This document shows positions 44,091-44,518 of a DNA stretch of 44,518 nucleotides, piece after piece. The stretch is from a virus (lineage: Duplodnaviria; Caudoviricetes). The notes below the pieces were generated by a model. That model did not search any database. It had not been told where the DNA came from and saw only the letters and a list, made by a program, of their open reading frames with translations. Each line of letters begins with the position of its first letter. Position 1 is the first letter of the stretch. Location of the stretch: IMG/VR virus record IMGVR_UViG_3300048998_000075, positions 1 through 44,518 of that record; one strand, given 5' to 3'. A program made the position numbers and the translations under genes.

Positions 44091-44424
44091 GGGAGGGGCC
44101 TGACTCCCACACCATTTCGGCGATCGTCAGCCCGTGCGTGCTGTACGCGTGCGCGGTGAGGGAGGCGCGGAGGATCACGAACGCCGGTACGTTGTCGTCC
44201 CTCATCTCGGCGAGCACGTCGCCGAGAGTCATCCGCTGAAAGTCCTCATCAGAGAGCGGATCGGCCTTCAACGGCTGCCCGTCCTTGATGGCCTTCTCCT
44301 GCAACGCGGTGGCGGCTTTGATCCGCAACTCGTCCTTGTAGCCGAGGGGGCGGATTCGGTACGTCTTGCCACCGATCGGGAGTTGCAGGCATTCGTCGGT
44401 GAGGATCTCGTAAATGTCGCGCAC
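43900..44424 (-). CDS. tail assembly chaperone G
   Basis: LQLPIGGKTYRI; AAGGAG RBS; upstream of the tape measure gene. Confidence 0.85.
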   Translation of the reverse strand: MRDIYEILTDECLQLPIGGKTYRIRPLGYKDELRIKAATALQEKAIKDGQPLKADPLSDEDFQRMTLGDVLAEMRDDNVPAFVILRASLTAHAYSTHGLTIAEMVWESGPSPEALAASMQAAARELANGTTSPGTPPPAPESSTKPPANTTTTKSPRKPRASRSNGPTYSPKET

Positions 44425-44518
44425 GGGTTCGCTCCTTCGGCTGGGGTTGGCTGGGTGGCTGGTAGGAGCGGTGGGGGGGCCCCCCCCCGGGCCCGGCGCC
44501 GCCCGCGCGGGGGGGGCG

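Noticed and set aside
44470-44518. G/C homopolymer runs as a G-quadruplex or regulatory element
   Set aside because: Looks like low-quality contig-end sequence loosely echoing the first 30 bases of the window

Overview
This is an essentially complete, circularly permuted genome (~44.5 kb, high GC) of a temperate actinobacterial siphophage, apparently in its excised form because attP is intact. Almost all genes are on the minus strand. The virion genes are HNH, terS, terL, portal, scaffold, major capsid, head-tail joining proteins and major tail protein; across the window ends they continue with tail chaperones, tape measure and tail tip/fibre genes, followed by a lysis cassette with no LysB. 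Next come attP (matching a tmRNA 3' end), a tyrosine integrase, a repressor/cro switch, and a long mosaic early operon (Xis, HNH, RecE/RecT-like, WhiB, C5 methyltransferase, replication initiator, RusA-like). The most interesting candidates are: (i) a tail-filament module (ATC-initiated subunit, LamG lectin, repeat-bearing tip protein, YadA-like fibre); (ii) an autoregulated acr/aca-like island; (iii) a structured RNA behind the late promoter; (iv) twin GCAA hairpins shared by the terS and scaffold leaders; (v) an exonuclease next to a DUF4406-dNMP kinase fusion; (vi) a C-rich sRNA candidate. All calls rest on motif recognition and synteny read by eye; no searches were run.
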